Shown piece by piece: positions 53,496 through 63,495 of a stretch of 64,000 nucleotides of DNA. The translations under genes were made by a program, and so were the position numbers. The stretch is from an uncultured delta proteobacterium (lineage in GTDB: Bacteria > Desulfobacterota > Binatia > UBA9968). Positions within the stretch are counted from its first letter, which is position 1; the number at the start of each line of letters is the position of its first letter. The stretch is taken from assembly GCA_963804165.1 (NCBI GenBank), contig CAWDPO010000006.1:128001-192000 (forward strand). The letters are read 5' to 3'. Below the pieces are notes generated by a model. It worked only from the letters and a program-made list of their open reading frames with translations, did no database searches and was not told where the DNA came from.

Positions 53496-54566
53496 ATGAC
53501 ACCACGATCTAATTTCGACCGAGTCACTAGTTATAAAGCGATATTTGCGACGGTCATCATTTCGGCGCTATTTATCTCGGCAGTCCCGGTTTCAGGCCAG
53601 ACCACGCCCTTTTACAAGGATAAGACGATCCGCATCATCGTCGGCTTCACGTCCGGCGGTCTTTACGACCAGTACGCGCGTCTGCTGGCGCGTTATATGG
53701 GCAAACATATCCCCGGCAATCCGAGTATCATCGTGCAAAACATGCCGGGCGCGGGCGGCATCATCGCGACCAATTATGTTTCCGGCGTCGCCAAACCGGA
53801 CGGATTGGCCCTCGGCATGATCGGCAGCGGCATCTATCTAGACCAACTGCTCGGCGTCAAAGAAGCTCAGTACGACGTGCGCAAAATGCCTTTCATCGGC
53901 AGCGTCGATCAGCGGGACTTGCTGTTATATATGCGCGCCGACGCACCCTGGAAATCCGTAGAGGATATCCTCAACGCCAAGGAACTGCCCAAGTGCGGCG
54001 CGACGGGCACTTCCGATCTCACCACCATCATGATTAACATCATGGAGGAAACCCTCGGCACGAAGTTCACTAACGTGCGCGGCTATCCCGGCGGCGTCGA
54101 GATCGATCTGGCCATCGAGAAGGGCGAGCTCCACTGCCGTGGCACCGGTATCACGACGCATTTCGCCCGCGAGCCCTATCACACGTGGCACAAAAACGGC
54201 TTCGACCGGCATATTCTGCAAACCGGCAGCAAAAAGGATCCGCGCATCGCCGACGCACCGACGCTGGTCGATCTGATGGACAAAAGAAAAACACCGGCGC
54301 TCGGCCGCAGCGTCGCCAAGCTCTTGCTGCTTTCCGCCACCGTCGGCCGCCCACTGATCACCACTCCCGGAGTTCCCGCCGACCGGGTGCAGCTGCTGCG
54401 CGAAGCCTACGTCAAAGCGTTCAAAGAACCGGAACTTCTGGCGGAAGCCAAGAAAGCGCGCGTGGAGGTTGAATTGCTCCCCGGCGAAGACGTTGAAAGA
54501 GACATGCGCGACGCAATCACTCAACCCAAGGACGTCGTGGCACGAGTCAAGAAATTGATGGAATAG
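53496..54566 (+). CDS. tctC: Bug/TctC family substrate-binding protein
   Basis: FYKDKTIRIIVG...GGLYD, HIPGNP..VQNMPGAGG and PGVPADRV motifs. Confidence 0.87.
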   Translation: MTPRSNFDRVTSYKAIFATVIISALFISAVPVSGQTTPFYKDKTIRIIVGFTSGGLYDQYARLLARYMGKHIPGNPSIIVQNMPGAGGIIATNYVSGVAKPDGLALGMIGSGIYLDQLLGVKEAQYDVRKMPFIGSVDQRDLLLYMRADAPWKSVEDILNAKELPKCGATGTSDLTTIMINIMEETLGTKFTNVRGYPGGVEIDLAIEKGELHCRGTGITTHFAREPYHTWHKNGFDRHILQTGSKKDPRIADAPTLVDLMDKRKTPALGRSVAKLLLLSATVGRPLITTPGVPADRVQLLREAYVKAFKEPELLAEAKKARVEVELLPGEDVERDMRDAITQPKDVVARVKKLME

Positions 54567-54634
54567 CGGCAGCGGTGTCTTAGCGCCTGCGGCAGAGCCC
54601 GGCCCCCACCCCACGCGCTCGTATCGAGCCTCCG

Positions 54635-54871
54635 ATGAAACCCGTCTTCGTCTATGCGGCACTTCTGCTCGCGCTGGTTTTTCTTGCCGGCGCGGCCGTC
54701 GCAGGAGTGGAGTTGCTGCGCGAAGGAAATAGTTTCACCGACCCAAAAGTCAAGCCTGCGCTGGGATTCCTCGTGACCGGGATGATATTTTTGGGCATCG
54801 GCTTGCGAGGCTTGCGATCCCGCAAACGCCGCGCCTTGCCACGTTCAGAAACCCTGCCGCGGCCGCAATAA
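54635..54871 (+). CDS. small two-TM hypothetical protein
   Basis: Two hydrophobic helices and a basic tail. Confidence 0.6.
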   Translation: MKPVFVYAALLLALVFLAGAAVAGVELLREGNSFTDPKVKPALGFLVTGMIFLGIGLRGLRSRKRRALPRSETLPRPQ

Positions 54872-54915
54872 CTCGCGTCGACCGCGAACCTTGAATGGAT
54901 TTGACGTAGCTCAGG

Positions 54916-55884
54916 TTACTTTCCCTGTTCCAGCTCTTTCCAAGCCTGGCGCACGAAAGAAAAATCTCGGACTTCGTCCAGCGGGCGTTTTTTATCGGAT
55001 AGGCGATCCAAGAAATTCTCCATGTCGGCGTCGCTCATGATCCCGTCACGCAGAATCGATTTCAGCTCGACGTCATAAGACCGCGCGGCGATCTCTGGGC
55101 TTTGCTTCAGCCACTGCAATAGCACGCGAATCGTTTCTTGGCGGTTCTCGTCGATGAAACGGTTAGCTTTTAGAATGGCGCGCACGCCGCGCCTGACGAA
55201 TTGCGGATTGTCCTTGATCAAGCGATCCGAGGTAATCATGCCCGAAGCCGGCATACCGATCTCCGGCGGTCCAGCCAATACTTTTCCGCCCAATTTTTGC
55301 GCCATGAGATCGTGCGGCGGCGATAACGTGGTTACTTCGACCGCGCCCGTGATGATGGACTGCGCGCGCACCGAGGTATCGCCCAACACAACCGGCTGCA
55401 GCAGCGCCGGATTAAATCCCTTAGACCGCAGCAGCTCTTCCGCCACCAGATGATCCGAGCCGCGCAGGCTCGACACTCCGAGCTTCTTTCCTTTCAAATC
55501 TTGAACGTCTTTAATGCTTGGGTGTGCGATCAGGTAATAGACGCCTTTCTTGAAGGCAACGACAATGATCTTCAAAGGAAATCCCGATAGAATACCCCGC
55601 ACCGTGCTGACGAAGGTGCCGGTAAATGCGACGTCGCCATTCATCAACGCCATCACGCCCAAGCGCGGATTGGCCTGGATGATCTCCACGTCCATGCCCT
55701 CTTCGCGGAAAAAACCTTTGCTCGCTGCCACGTAAAACGGTACCGAGGTGTTGCTGCGACTGGAGATCGATATGGGCACCTTCTGCATCTGCGCACGAGC
55801 GAGCGGCTGCCAGATCATGAGCCCGAACAAAATCGCCGCCGGCAGAATCCGTGTTATCGGAGGCTCGCGGCCCACCCTAATCAT
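54916..55884 (-). CDS. NitT/TauT-family ABC substrate-binding protein
   Basis: GFFREEGM and DLKGKKLGV motifs; close paralog of 55951..56937. Confidence 0.87.
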   Translation of the reverse strand: MIRVGREPPITRILPAAILFGLMIWQPLARAQMQKVPISISSRSNTSVPFYVAASKGFFREEGMDVEIIQANPRLGVMALMNGDVAFTGTFVSTVRGILSGFPLKIIVVAFKKGVYYLIAHPSIKDVQDLKGKKLGVSSLRGSDHLVAEELLRSKGFNPALLQPVVLGDTSVRAQSIITGAVEVTTLSPPHDLMAQKLGGKVLAGPPEIGMPASGMITSDRLIKDNPQFVRRGVRAILKANRFIDENRQETIRVLLQWLKQSPEIAARSYDVELKSILRDGIMSDADMENFLDRLSDKKRPLDEVRDFSFVRQAWKELEQGK

Positions 55885-55950
55885 CTGAAGAACTCTCGCC
55901 GAATCCGAAGCCCATTACTCCAACACTCCATCACTCCATTTCCCGTTTTC

Positions 55951-56937
55951 TCACTTCCCCACCTCCAGCTCCTTCAGCGCCTGGCGGGCGAAGGAAAAAT
56001 CGCGGACCTCATCGAGCGGGCGTCTCTTTTCGGCAAGGCGATCCATCTGAAACTCGATTTCTGCGTCGGTCATTTGGCCGTCCTTGGCGAGCGCTTTCAG
56101 CTCGGTGTCGTAGGACCGGCCTGCGATCTCGGTCGATTGTGGCACAAACTTCATCATGACGCGGATCGTTTCTTCCCGGTTCTCTCCAATGAATCGATTG
56201 GCTTTGAGCAGCGCGCGTATCGTGCGTCTGAGAATCGGCGGCTGCTCTTTGATCAACTTATCCGCTGCGAATAGACCAGAGGATGGCACGCCGATTTCCG
56301 GCGGGCCGGAAATGGCCTTCAGGCCCTTTTGCTCCAGCATTAAATCATACGGCGGTGGTACCGAAACAGCCTGCACCACGCCTGAGACCGCAGCTTGAAA
56401 TCTTAGCGACGGGTCACCGACAGCGATCGCTTGAACCAGGTTCGGATCCAGTCCTTTCATGCGCAGCAGCTCCCGGCCGATGATGTGATCGCCGCCATTG
56501 ACCGCGGTCACGCCCAATTTTTTGCCCTTCAAATCCTGAATGTCTTTGATGAGGTCCGGGCGCACCATCAAATAATACGTGCCCTTTTTCAGAAGAACGA
56601 AAACCGTCTTCATCGGCAGGCCCTGCACGATGCCGCGAAAGGTGCTGACGAAGGATGTCGTGAAGGTCACGTCGCCGTTCAATACCGCCATGGCGCCGAG
56701 GCGAGGATTGATTTGGATAAATTCGACTTCCAACCCCTCGTCTTTGAAGAAGCCCTTGGCTTGAGCCACGTAGTACGACGCATTGGTGTTGCTTCGGCTC
56801 GACAGCGAGATGCGGACCTTTTGGCTTTGTGCGTTGATGCCAGGGGCGGCACGAAGGAAACCGCTTAAAAAAATCGCTAGCATTACCAAACAACGCACGT
56901 GGAATCGCATCGAGTTCATTCGTCGCTCCATCTGCAC
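55951..56937 (-). CDS. NitT/TauT-family ABC substrate-binding protein
   Basis: GFFKDEGL and DLKGKKLGV motifs; start uncertain. Confidence 0.87.
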   Translation of the reverse strand: MQMERRMNSMRFHVRCLVMLAIFLSGFLRAAPGINAQSQKVRISLSSRSNTNASYYVAQAKGFFKDEGLEVEFIQINPRLGAMAVLNGDVTFTTSFVSTFRGIVQGLPMKTVFVLLKKGTYYLMVRPDLIKDIQDLKGKKLGVTAVNGGDHIIGRELLRMKGLDPNLVQAIAVGDPSLRFQAAVSGVVQAVSVPPPYDLMLEQKGLKAISGPPEIGVPSSGLFAADKLIKEQPPILRRTIRALLKANRFIGENREETIRVMMKFVPQSTEIAGRSYDTELKALAKDGQMTDAEIEFQMDRLAEKRRPLDEVRDFSFARQALKELEVGK

Positions 56938-57045
56938 CTCGCGTCCGGCTAAAAATAGGTCAGCGTACCATTGAGCGTCAAGCAGAATCGACGCGCGGAC
57001 TTGCTATTTACACTTTGGCGCCATTTGGAATAGAGTTCTGACGAC

Positions 57046-58068
57046 ATGAACAAATTGGGAATCGTTGCGTTCCTTCTTTTCCTCTTCGACGCCAGCGCCT
57101 TCGCTAACCCTTTTCTGCCGAGCCCCGGCGCCCGACCGACGATGCTTCGAGTAGCCACATCCGCTGTCACGGGTGGCTTTGTGCATTTGTACGCCGGGCT
57201 CGATTATGGAATTTTTGAAAAGTACGGCCTCAAATGCGAGCATATCTATATCCGCGGCTCATCACCGACTCTCTCCGCGCTCGCAAGCGACCAAGTCCAA
57301 TTCACCTACGGGGCGGCTGACGGTAGTCTTCCCGGGCTGGCGACCGGTGTCGAGGCCAAATTCATTGCTTCTCCTCTAGTCAAGCTTCCCTACGTCATGG
57401 TTGCGCGCAAAGAAATTCGCCGACCCGAAGATCTCAAGGGAAAATCCATCGGGGTGACAAGACCAGGCGACTTGAGCGCCCGTCTGTCGCGGCAGGTCGT
57501 AAGAAAATTTGGCCTGACGACCGATGACGTGACGATCCACCCCATCGGTGGCAGCCAATCAGAACGGTATCAAGCCATGCTGGGCAACGTCGTTCAAGCC
57601 ATCCTCGTTACCCCGCCATTGGACGTCCGCGCCAAGCACGACGGCTTCAATGTGATCTACCGGTTGATCGATCTCGACATTCCCTTCATCTATAGCTCCT
57701 TGCTCACCAGCTATAAGATGCTGCGCGAAAGGCAGGAAATCGTGCAGCGCATGGTAGCCGCTCTCGCCGAGGCCGTGCACTTCGTCGAGAAGAATCCCGA
57801 AAAAGCCAAAGCCGCCATCGCCAAAGCGATGCGTGTGAAGGACGAAGAAGCCCTCCAATCGTCCTACAACGTCTACGCCAAAGAAATTGTCGACCGCACC
57901 ATGGTCGTCCCGGCGAAATCCGTAGGTGAGGCTCTAGAAATCGCCCGCGAGACGGGAACCCTGATCAGAAGAAAGCCGGAAGAACTTTACGACAACAGTT
58001 TCGTCAATAACCTGGAGAAAAGCGGCTTTCTCAAAGAGCTTTGGGGAAACGAGAATTACCGGCGATAA
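57046..58068 (+). CDS. NitT/TauT-family ABC substrate-binding protein
   Basis: IFEKYGL and DLKGKSIG motifs; close paralog of 58362..59381. Confidence 0.87.
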   Translation: MNKLGIVAFLLFLFDASAFANPFLPSPGARPTMLRVATSAVTGGFVHLYAGLDYGIFEKYGLKCEHIYIRGSSPTLSALASDQVQFTYGAADGSLPGLATGVEAKFIASPLVKLPYVMVARKEIRRPEDLKGKSIGVTRPGDLSARLSRQVVRKFGLTTDDVTIHPIGGSQSERYQAMLGNVVQAILVTPPLDVRAKHDGFNVIYRLIDLDIPFIYSSLLTSYKMLRERQEIVQRMVAALAEAVHFVEKNPEKAKAAIAKAMRVKDEEALQSSYNVYAKEIVDRTMVVPAKSVGEALEIARETGTLIRRKPEELYDNSFVNNLEKSGFLKELWGNENYRR

Positions 58069-58361
58069 ATATCTTTGCCGTTCAGTATCGCACCGAAAGA
58101 GAATTGAAATATTTTGCGTAGCTCGCTGTGGACGCAAAGCTCAAACGTTCCAAAACTATTTAGTCCCGTCAATTAGCTCAGGACACACTTTGAGTTGGAT
58201 CGAATAACTTCGAACAAAGGTTCCAGGCGCTTTTCGCGAAGTTTGTTGTTCGACCTCGCATTCCTCCCTTTTGGCAAAGGGAGGTCAGGAGGGATTTTTG
58301 AGTTGCCGAATCTATCTTTGCCTGTTTACAAGCGTCCGGTGTTTGGCATAGAGTCCGCCGC

Positions 58362-59381
58362 ATGAAGCTAGGAATCATTGCGTTTCTACTTTCACTTCTC
58401 GGGGCTACCGCCTTCGCCAATCCCTATCTGCCCAAGCCGGGCGAGAAAACCCTTTCGATGCGCGTATCCACCTGCGCCGTGTCGGGCGGATTCGTGCATC
58501 TCTACACCGCCCTCGACAACGGACTGTTCGACAAGTACGGCATCAAGTTGGAGAATATCTTCATCCGTGGCAGCGCCCAAAACTTGACCGCGCTCGCCAC
58601 CGACGAAGTCCAGTTTACCTACTGCGCTTCCGACGCCATTATCCCCGGAATGGCGGCGGGGATCGACGTGAAAATCGTCGCTTCACCCCTGGTGAAGCTG
58701 CCGTATGTTTTGGTGACCCGAAAAGAGATCAGGCGGCCGGAGGACCTGAAGGGCAAAGCTTTGGGTATCGCGCGGGCGGGCGACTTGAGCGACCGGCTTT
58801 CCCGAGCCGTCGTGAAAAAATTGGGCTTGGCTCCCGATGCAGTGACCATCCGGCCCATCGGCGGCAGCCAGGGCGAGCGCTATCAGGCGATGGCCGCCGG
58901 CATCGTCCATGGCGTGATCATCACACCGCCGCTCGATGTCCGAGCCAAGAACGAAGGCTACAACGTGATGTATCGCCTGATCGATCTGAATATTCCGTTC
59001 ATCTACAGCTCGCTCCACGCCAGTTACAAAATGCTGCGCGAACGTCCCGAGATCGTCCAACGCATGGTCGCCGCCTTTGCCGAAATCATCTACTTCGTCG
59101 AGAAAAATCCCGACAAGGCCAAAGCGTCGATCGGCAAAGCCATGCGCACCAAGGACCCCGAGGCACTGCAATCCGCGTACGACGTATATGCTAGGGAAAT
59201 CCTCGACCGCACCATGGTCGTCCCCGGTAAAGCGGTCGCCGAAACCGTCGAACTCGCCCGCCAAGAAGGAGCTCCCATCAGAAGAAAACCGGAAGAGATC
59301 TACGACAATAGCTTCGTCAACAATCTGGAAAAAAGCGGCTTCCTGAAAGAGATCTGGGGGAATGAAAATTATAAACGGTAG
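58362..59381 (+). CDS. NitT/TauT-family ABC substrate-binding protein
   Basis: LFDKYGI and DLKGKALG motifs; signal peptide. Confidence 0.87.
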   Translation: MKLGIIAFLLSLLGATAFANPYLPKPGEKTLSMRVSTCAVSGGFVHLYTALDNGLFDKYGIKLENIFIRGSAQNLTALATDEVQFTYCASDAIIPGMAAGIDVKIVASPLVKLPYVLVTRKEIRRPEDLKGKALGIARAGDLSDRLSRAVVKKLGLAPDAVTIRPIGGSQGERYQAMAAGIVHGVIITPPLDVRAKNEGYNVMYRLIDLNIPFIYSSLHASYKMLRERPEIVQRMVAAFAEIIYFVEKNPDKAKASIGKAMRTKDPEALQSAYDVYAREILDRTMVVPGKAVAETVELARQEGAPIRRKPEEIYDNSFVNNLEKSGFLKEIWGNENYKR

Positions 59382-59404
59382 GAGATGATCAAACGGAAGT
59401 TAGC

Positions 59405-60387
59405 TCACCTTCCCTGCACCTTCCTCAACAAACTCATATCCTCCAAATCATCCGGCGTGAAAGTCTTCGCGATCTTCAGCGACTCGCGGTAGATCTCGAT
59501 TTCTTTTTCCACCGCCGCCCGCGGCTTGGTGCCGTCTTTGCTGTAGCCGAGCATCTGCGCGGTAAAAGCTTTCTCCGCCAGCGCCGGATCGATTTTGTGA
59601 TAGCTCGAAACGTATTGAACGACTTCATTTCGATTCGCCGGATTGAGGATGTAGTTCATCGTCCGGTATAAAGCGGCGACCATGCCGTAAACTTTCTGTG
59701 GATTTTTCTTCATGGTTTCCGTCGCGCTGACCAGGCCGATAAAACTCAGCGGCGCATAGGTTCTCGCTTCCGCGAGCTTGACGTAGCCTTTCGCTTGCAA
59801 TTCTTCCACGTACGGCGGAGCGAGCAGAGTCGCGGCAACTCTCTTCGTGACCAACGATTGGATCAAGTTGTCGGTGACCTGCAAGCCGAGCAATGTAACC
59901 TTCCCGGCTTCAATCCCATTGGCGCGTAGAATCACATTGGCCGACATACCCACCGCGTCGGTCAAGGCCGTCACGCCGACCGCCTTGCCAACCAAATCCT
60001 GGATCGATTTGATCTCCGGCTGGGCGAGTAACACATGGACCGGGTCCTGCTGGACGTAGAATATTCGGCGAAGCGGCAAGCCGCGCATGATAGCCGACGT
60101 GGCCGCGCCAGTCGTTGACGAGAAGTCCAATTCCCCGGCAACGAGTGCCGCGATCGCGGTAGGGGGCGCCATCATGACAAGCTGTGGCTCGATCTGCTCC
60201 GCGGCAAAAAACCCTTTATCCTTGCCGAAGTAGTACGGCATGATCGACAGACTTTTCGACGGGATGTGAATGGTGACTTTCGTGGGAACCGAAGCAGCGT
60301 GAACAGCAGACGCGAAACCGCCGCAACGCAGACGACCACATAGAGAAAAATTCCCCACAACCGACGCTGTTTCTCAACCGTAGACAT
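59405..60387 (-). CDS. NitT/TauT-family ABC substrate-binding protein, probable frameshift in the signal peptide near 60320
   Basis: KGFFAAEQI and DLVGKAVGV motifs; hydrophobic signal MSTVEKQRRLWGIFLYVVVCV lies in an adjacent frame. Confidence 0.8.
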
Positions 60388-60511
60388 TATCACCGCCGTT
60401 TCTCCTCGAGCCTATATCAAAGGCCAGACACCTTCTTCCTTCTCTCCCTTGATGGAAAGGATAAAAGTGAGGTTGATTTTCAGAATCCCCTCATCCTAAC
60501 CTTCTCCCGCA

Positions 60512-60667
60512 GGAGACTGTGCCTTAATGTCATTCTGAGCCCCTTCGACCTTGCTCAGGATAAACTCCGGTGAAGAATCTCATCTTCGCGACTATTGGAA
60601 AATGCGAGATGCTTCGCGGTGCTCAGCATGACATCCGTATGATCGTGCGAAGTGCGACACAGTCTCC
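60512..60667. repeat. GGAGACTGTG...CACAGTCTCC palindromic MITE/REP-like element
   Basis: 10-bp TIR; similar to 51267..51418. Confidence 0.8.
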
Positions 60668-60705
60668 AAGGTGAGAAGGGATAGCCCCAGCGCCCATCAA
60701 TCCCT

Positions 60706-61296
60706 CTACTCATGAAACCTGCTTGCCGCCGCAGCGGCGACTTCTTTAACCGCCGGCAACGGGCAGAACCCCTGAGCCTCGACGGCAAAGACCGGATTGA
60801 ACTTGCTGCGGAAATTTTCCAGCGCGATGATCGCCGCCAGCTCGACCAACTCTTCCTCGGAAAAATGCCGCTTGAGCCGGTTAAAGAAACGATCCGTCAC
60901 CCGCTTGTTGGTGTAGGTCATCCGCTCGCACAATTCCAGTGCGAGTTTTTCGCGCGGCGAAAACAACGGGCTCTTCTTGTAATCGCCCAAAGCCGCTTCC
61001 ACCTTCTCCGCCGACGCCCCATTGCGCATCCCACTGGATGCGTTGATGTCAATTCAATACGGGCAGCCGTTGATGCTCGCGGCTTTCATGCAGAGCAGAT
61101 GGCGCAAGTCGCCGCCGATCAATCCAGACGCGAGAATGCCCGCTTGCAGCGCTTGAACGCCCTTTTGAATTGTCGGCCGTAAGCCATAGACTTTCGCGGT
61201 ATTCAGAATCGAGCCGTATTGTCTTTCCTGTTCCTCGAATATTTGCCGCGTGTCCTCCGACGCCTCTTCCTTCGCGATACCTTTGATTCTCAGCAT
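60706..61296 (-). CDS. carboxymuconolactone decarboxylase/AhpD-like selenoprotein (CxxU, Sec at codon 81)
   Basis: ORFs 61054..61296 and 60706..61029 share a frame and are separated only by TGA in INGCPY(U)IDIN; GGAGG RBS; 196 aa on readthrough. Confidence 0.85.
61021..61053 (-). promoter_or_regulatory. putative bacterial SECIS hairpin
   Basis: Directly after the UGA: ATTG-acatcaa-CGCATCC-AGTG-GGATGCG-CAAT; 7-bp perfect stem, loop starts 18 nt after the UGA with G at loop position 2. Confidence 0.7.
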
Positions 61297-61345
61297 GACG
61301 TAACCTCCGGTTGACTGTAATTATAGGGATCGTCGCGAGCGTCCC

Positions 61346-62299
61346 CTACGCGCCTTTCAATAATCTCGCCGCGGTCCCACCGAGCATGTTCTCTTTGATT
61401 TGTGCATCCAGCAGCAGCTTCCGAATCTCTTCGATATACTCACTGACGCCGTCGACGCTCCTACCTCGGGTCGGATCGCTGTTATTGAAATTCTGCGGAT
61501 AGTCGGTGGCAAAAACTAAGCGCTCCGGGCGAATGCCTTCCAGCGCGCAGCGCAGCGCGATCGGGCTGCCCTCGAATCCCGCCATATCGAAGTAGAGTAA
61601 ATCGAAATATTGCTCAAATGACTTCGGCAGCTTGAAGCGGTACGACGAGCGCGCGATCCGCTCCTTGTAGCCGGCCATTCCGCCGCCGAAGTGAGCAAAG
61701 ACGAATTTTAAATCCGGATAACGCTCGATCACACCGCCGGCGATGAGCCGCGTCACCGCCACGCCGAGATCGAACTCGCGCGTGAGAATGACCGGCAGCT
61801 GGTAATCGTTCATCAAGCTGTAGCCCTTCGGCGCCAGTGCCGGGTGAACGAAGATCGGCACGTCTAACTTTTTGATCAAGTCGTAAAACGACGTGAATTC
61901 TTTAGCGTCGAGCGATAGACCGTTGACTTGCGACGAAATGGTTACACCCTTCAATCCGAGCTCGCCGATGGCGCGCTCCAACTCTAGTAATCCTCCATCG
62001 TCCATGACCGGCGCGTGAGCTAACCCCACGAAGCGACCGGGATAATCCTTTTGCGCCCGTGCCGTGCAGTCGTTGATCAATCGGCAATTCTCCAAGGTCG
62101 TGTCCCAACCAAGAATACAGCTCTGCACGGCCACATCGATGCCGACACGATTCATGTCAGCGATCTGCGCGTCAAGATCGAACAGCTGCGCATGCACGGT
62201 GGCATCCCGCGTCTTCACGGCTTCTTTCTTTGTCGGGTCCAAGCCAAATCGCCGGCCGAGCTCCGCAGGTATATAGTGATGCTCGAAGTCGATGACCAT
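61346..62299 (-). CDS. amidohydrolase_2 family protein (decarboxylase/hydratase-like)
   Basis: IDFEHH, PIFVHP, VFAHFGG, YFDMA and LVFATDYP motifs. Confidence 0.88.
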   Translation of the reverse strand: MVIDFEHHYIPAELGRRFGLDPTKKEAVKTRDATVHAQLFDLDAQIADMNRVGIDVAVQSCILGWDTTLENCRLINDCTARAQKDYPGRFVGLAHAPVMDDGGLLELERAIGELGLKGVTISSQVNGLSLDAKEFTSFYDLIKKLDVPIFVHPALAPKGYSLMNDYQLPVILTREFDLGVAVTRLIAGGVIERYPDLKFVFAHFGGGMAGYKERIARSSYRFKLPKSFEQYFDLLYFDMAGFEGSPIALRCALEGIRPERLVFATDYPQNFNNSDPTRGRSVDGVSEYIEEIRKLLLDAQIKENMLGGTAARLLKGA

Positions 62300-62323
62300 A
62301 ACTTCTCCTTCGTGGGTCTTGTC

Positions 62324-63184
62324 CTAACTATCCAGCACAAATTTTCCCGAGTCGCTAACCATACAAACCGGCATATGCGTGGTGTTGCGCGCGTAGCCGA
62401 TCTTGCCGTAAGCGGTCGATGAGAATCAGCCCGCCGGTGCTGCCGGTCAGCTTTTCCAGCATTTACGACCGCCATGCGCGCCGCTTCGCCGGCTTCTAAA
62501 CCGTTTTGCAGCAACTGCACGGCGTCGCGCGCCATGAGAATACGCATGATCGCTTCGCCGTGACCGGTACACGACACCGCGCCGTAGCTATTCGCATAGG
62601 TGCCGCAGCCGAACAGCGGCGAATCGCCGACTCTCCCCGGCAGCTTATTGAAAATACCGCCGGTCGATGTCGCCACGGCGAGCTTGCCTTTGGCATCGAC
62701 GGCAACACATCCGACGGTGCCATGCGTGCTGTTCCAGCGCTTTTTCTCTCGCTCGGAAATCAGTGAATCAGGCGGAACACTCAGGGAATCCGATTTGACG
62801 CGCGAAAAGCAGCGCGCCTTCGCCGGCGAACATCACATGCCGCCCGTCTTCCATCACGCGACGCGCGAGCTTGATCGGATTCTTTATCCCGCTGACCGCC
62901 GCCACCGCGCCGGCGCGAAGCGAGTCCCCTTCCATGATCGCCGCGTCCATTTCAATCTGACCAAGGCTGTTAAGTGTCGAGCCGGTGCCGGCGTTGAAGA
63001 GCGGATTGTCTTCGAGCATGACAACCGCCGCCTCAGCGGCGTCGAGGCCGGCGCCGCCTTGTTGAAGAATTGTCCAACCGCCGACGGCCGCCGCTTTGCA
63101 ACCTTCGAGTCGTGCCGGAAGACTATCGTCTCTGATCGGCCCCGCGCCGCCGTGAACGATGATGGCAGGCTTGAAGTTTGTCAT
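62324..63184 (-). CDS. isoaspartyl peptidase/L-asparaginase (Ntn hydrolase), two apparent frameshifts (about 62775 and 62455)
   Basis: [45 protein letters not shown] and SCTGHGE spread over shifted frames. Confidence 0.85.
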
Positions 63185-63287
63185 GATCTAAGCTCAGCAT
63201 TCGATGATTAAGCTAGTTACAATCTTAATTGAAACAAGCCACCTTCCGCTCGTCGGTGCCGACAAACGTGAGATGATCCCGGTCGAA

Positions 63288-63418
63288 GAGACTCTGTCAT
63301 AATGTCATCCTGAGGTGCTAGCCGAAGGATCTCGTCTTCGCGGGTAGTTGACAATACGAGATGCTTCGCGTTGCTCAGCATGACACCGATGCGGCGTTTT
63401 GTGTTTGCGGCAAGTCTC
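63288..63418. repeat. degenerate copy of the GAGACT...AGTCTC palindromic element
   Basis: tgtcatcctgag...gaaggatctcg / cgagatgcttcg...gctcagcatgaca. Confidence 0.7.
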
Positions 63419-63495
63419 CAACCGCGGAAGAAAGATTACAAATTGATCACATTCAACGCTGAATCGTTTTCGACTCCGCACTGAAATACGTTAAA

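Noticed and set aside
61054-61056. Nonsense mutation or sequencing error as the explanation for the TGA
   Set aside because: It is disfavoured because the TGA sits exactly at the redox Cys position and is followed by a SECIS-like hairpin, and the other apparent errors here are indels. It is not formally excluded without reads.
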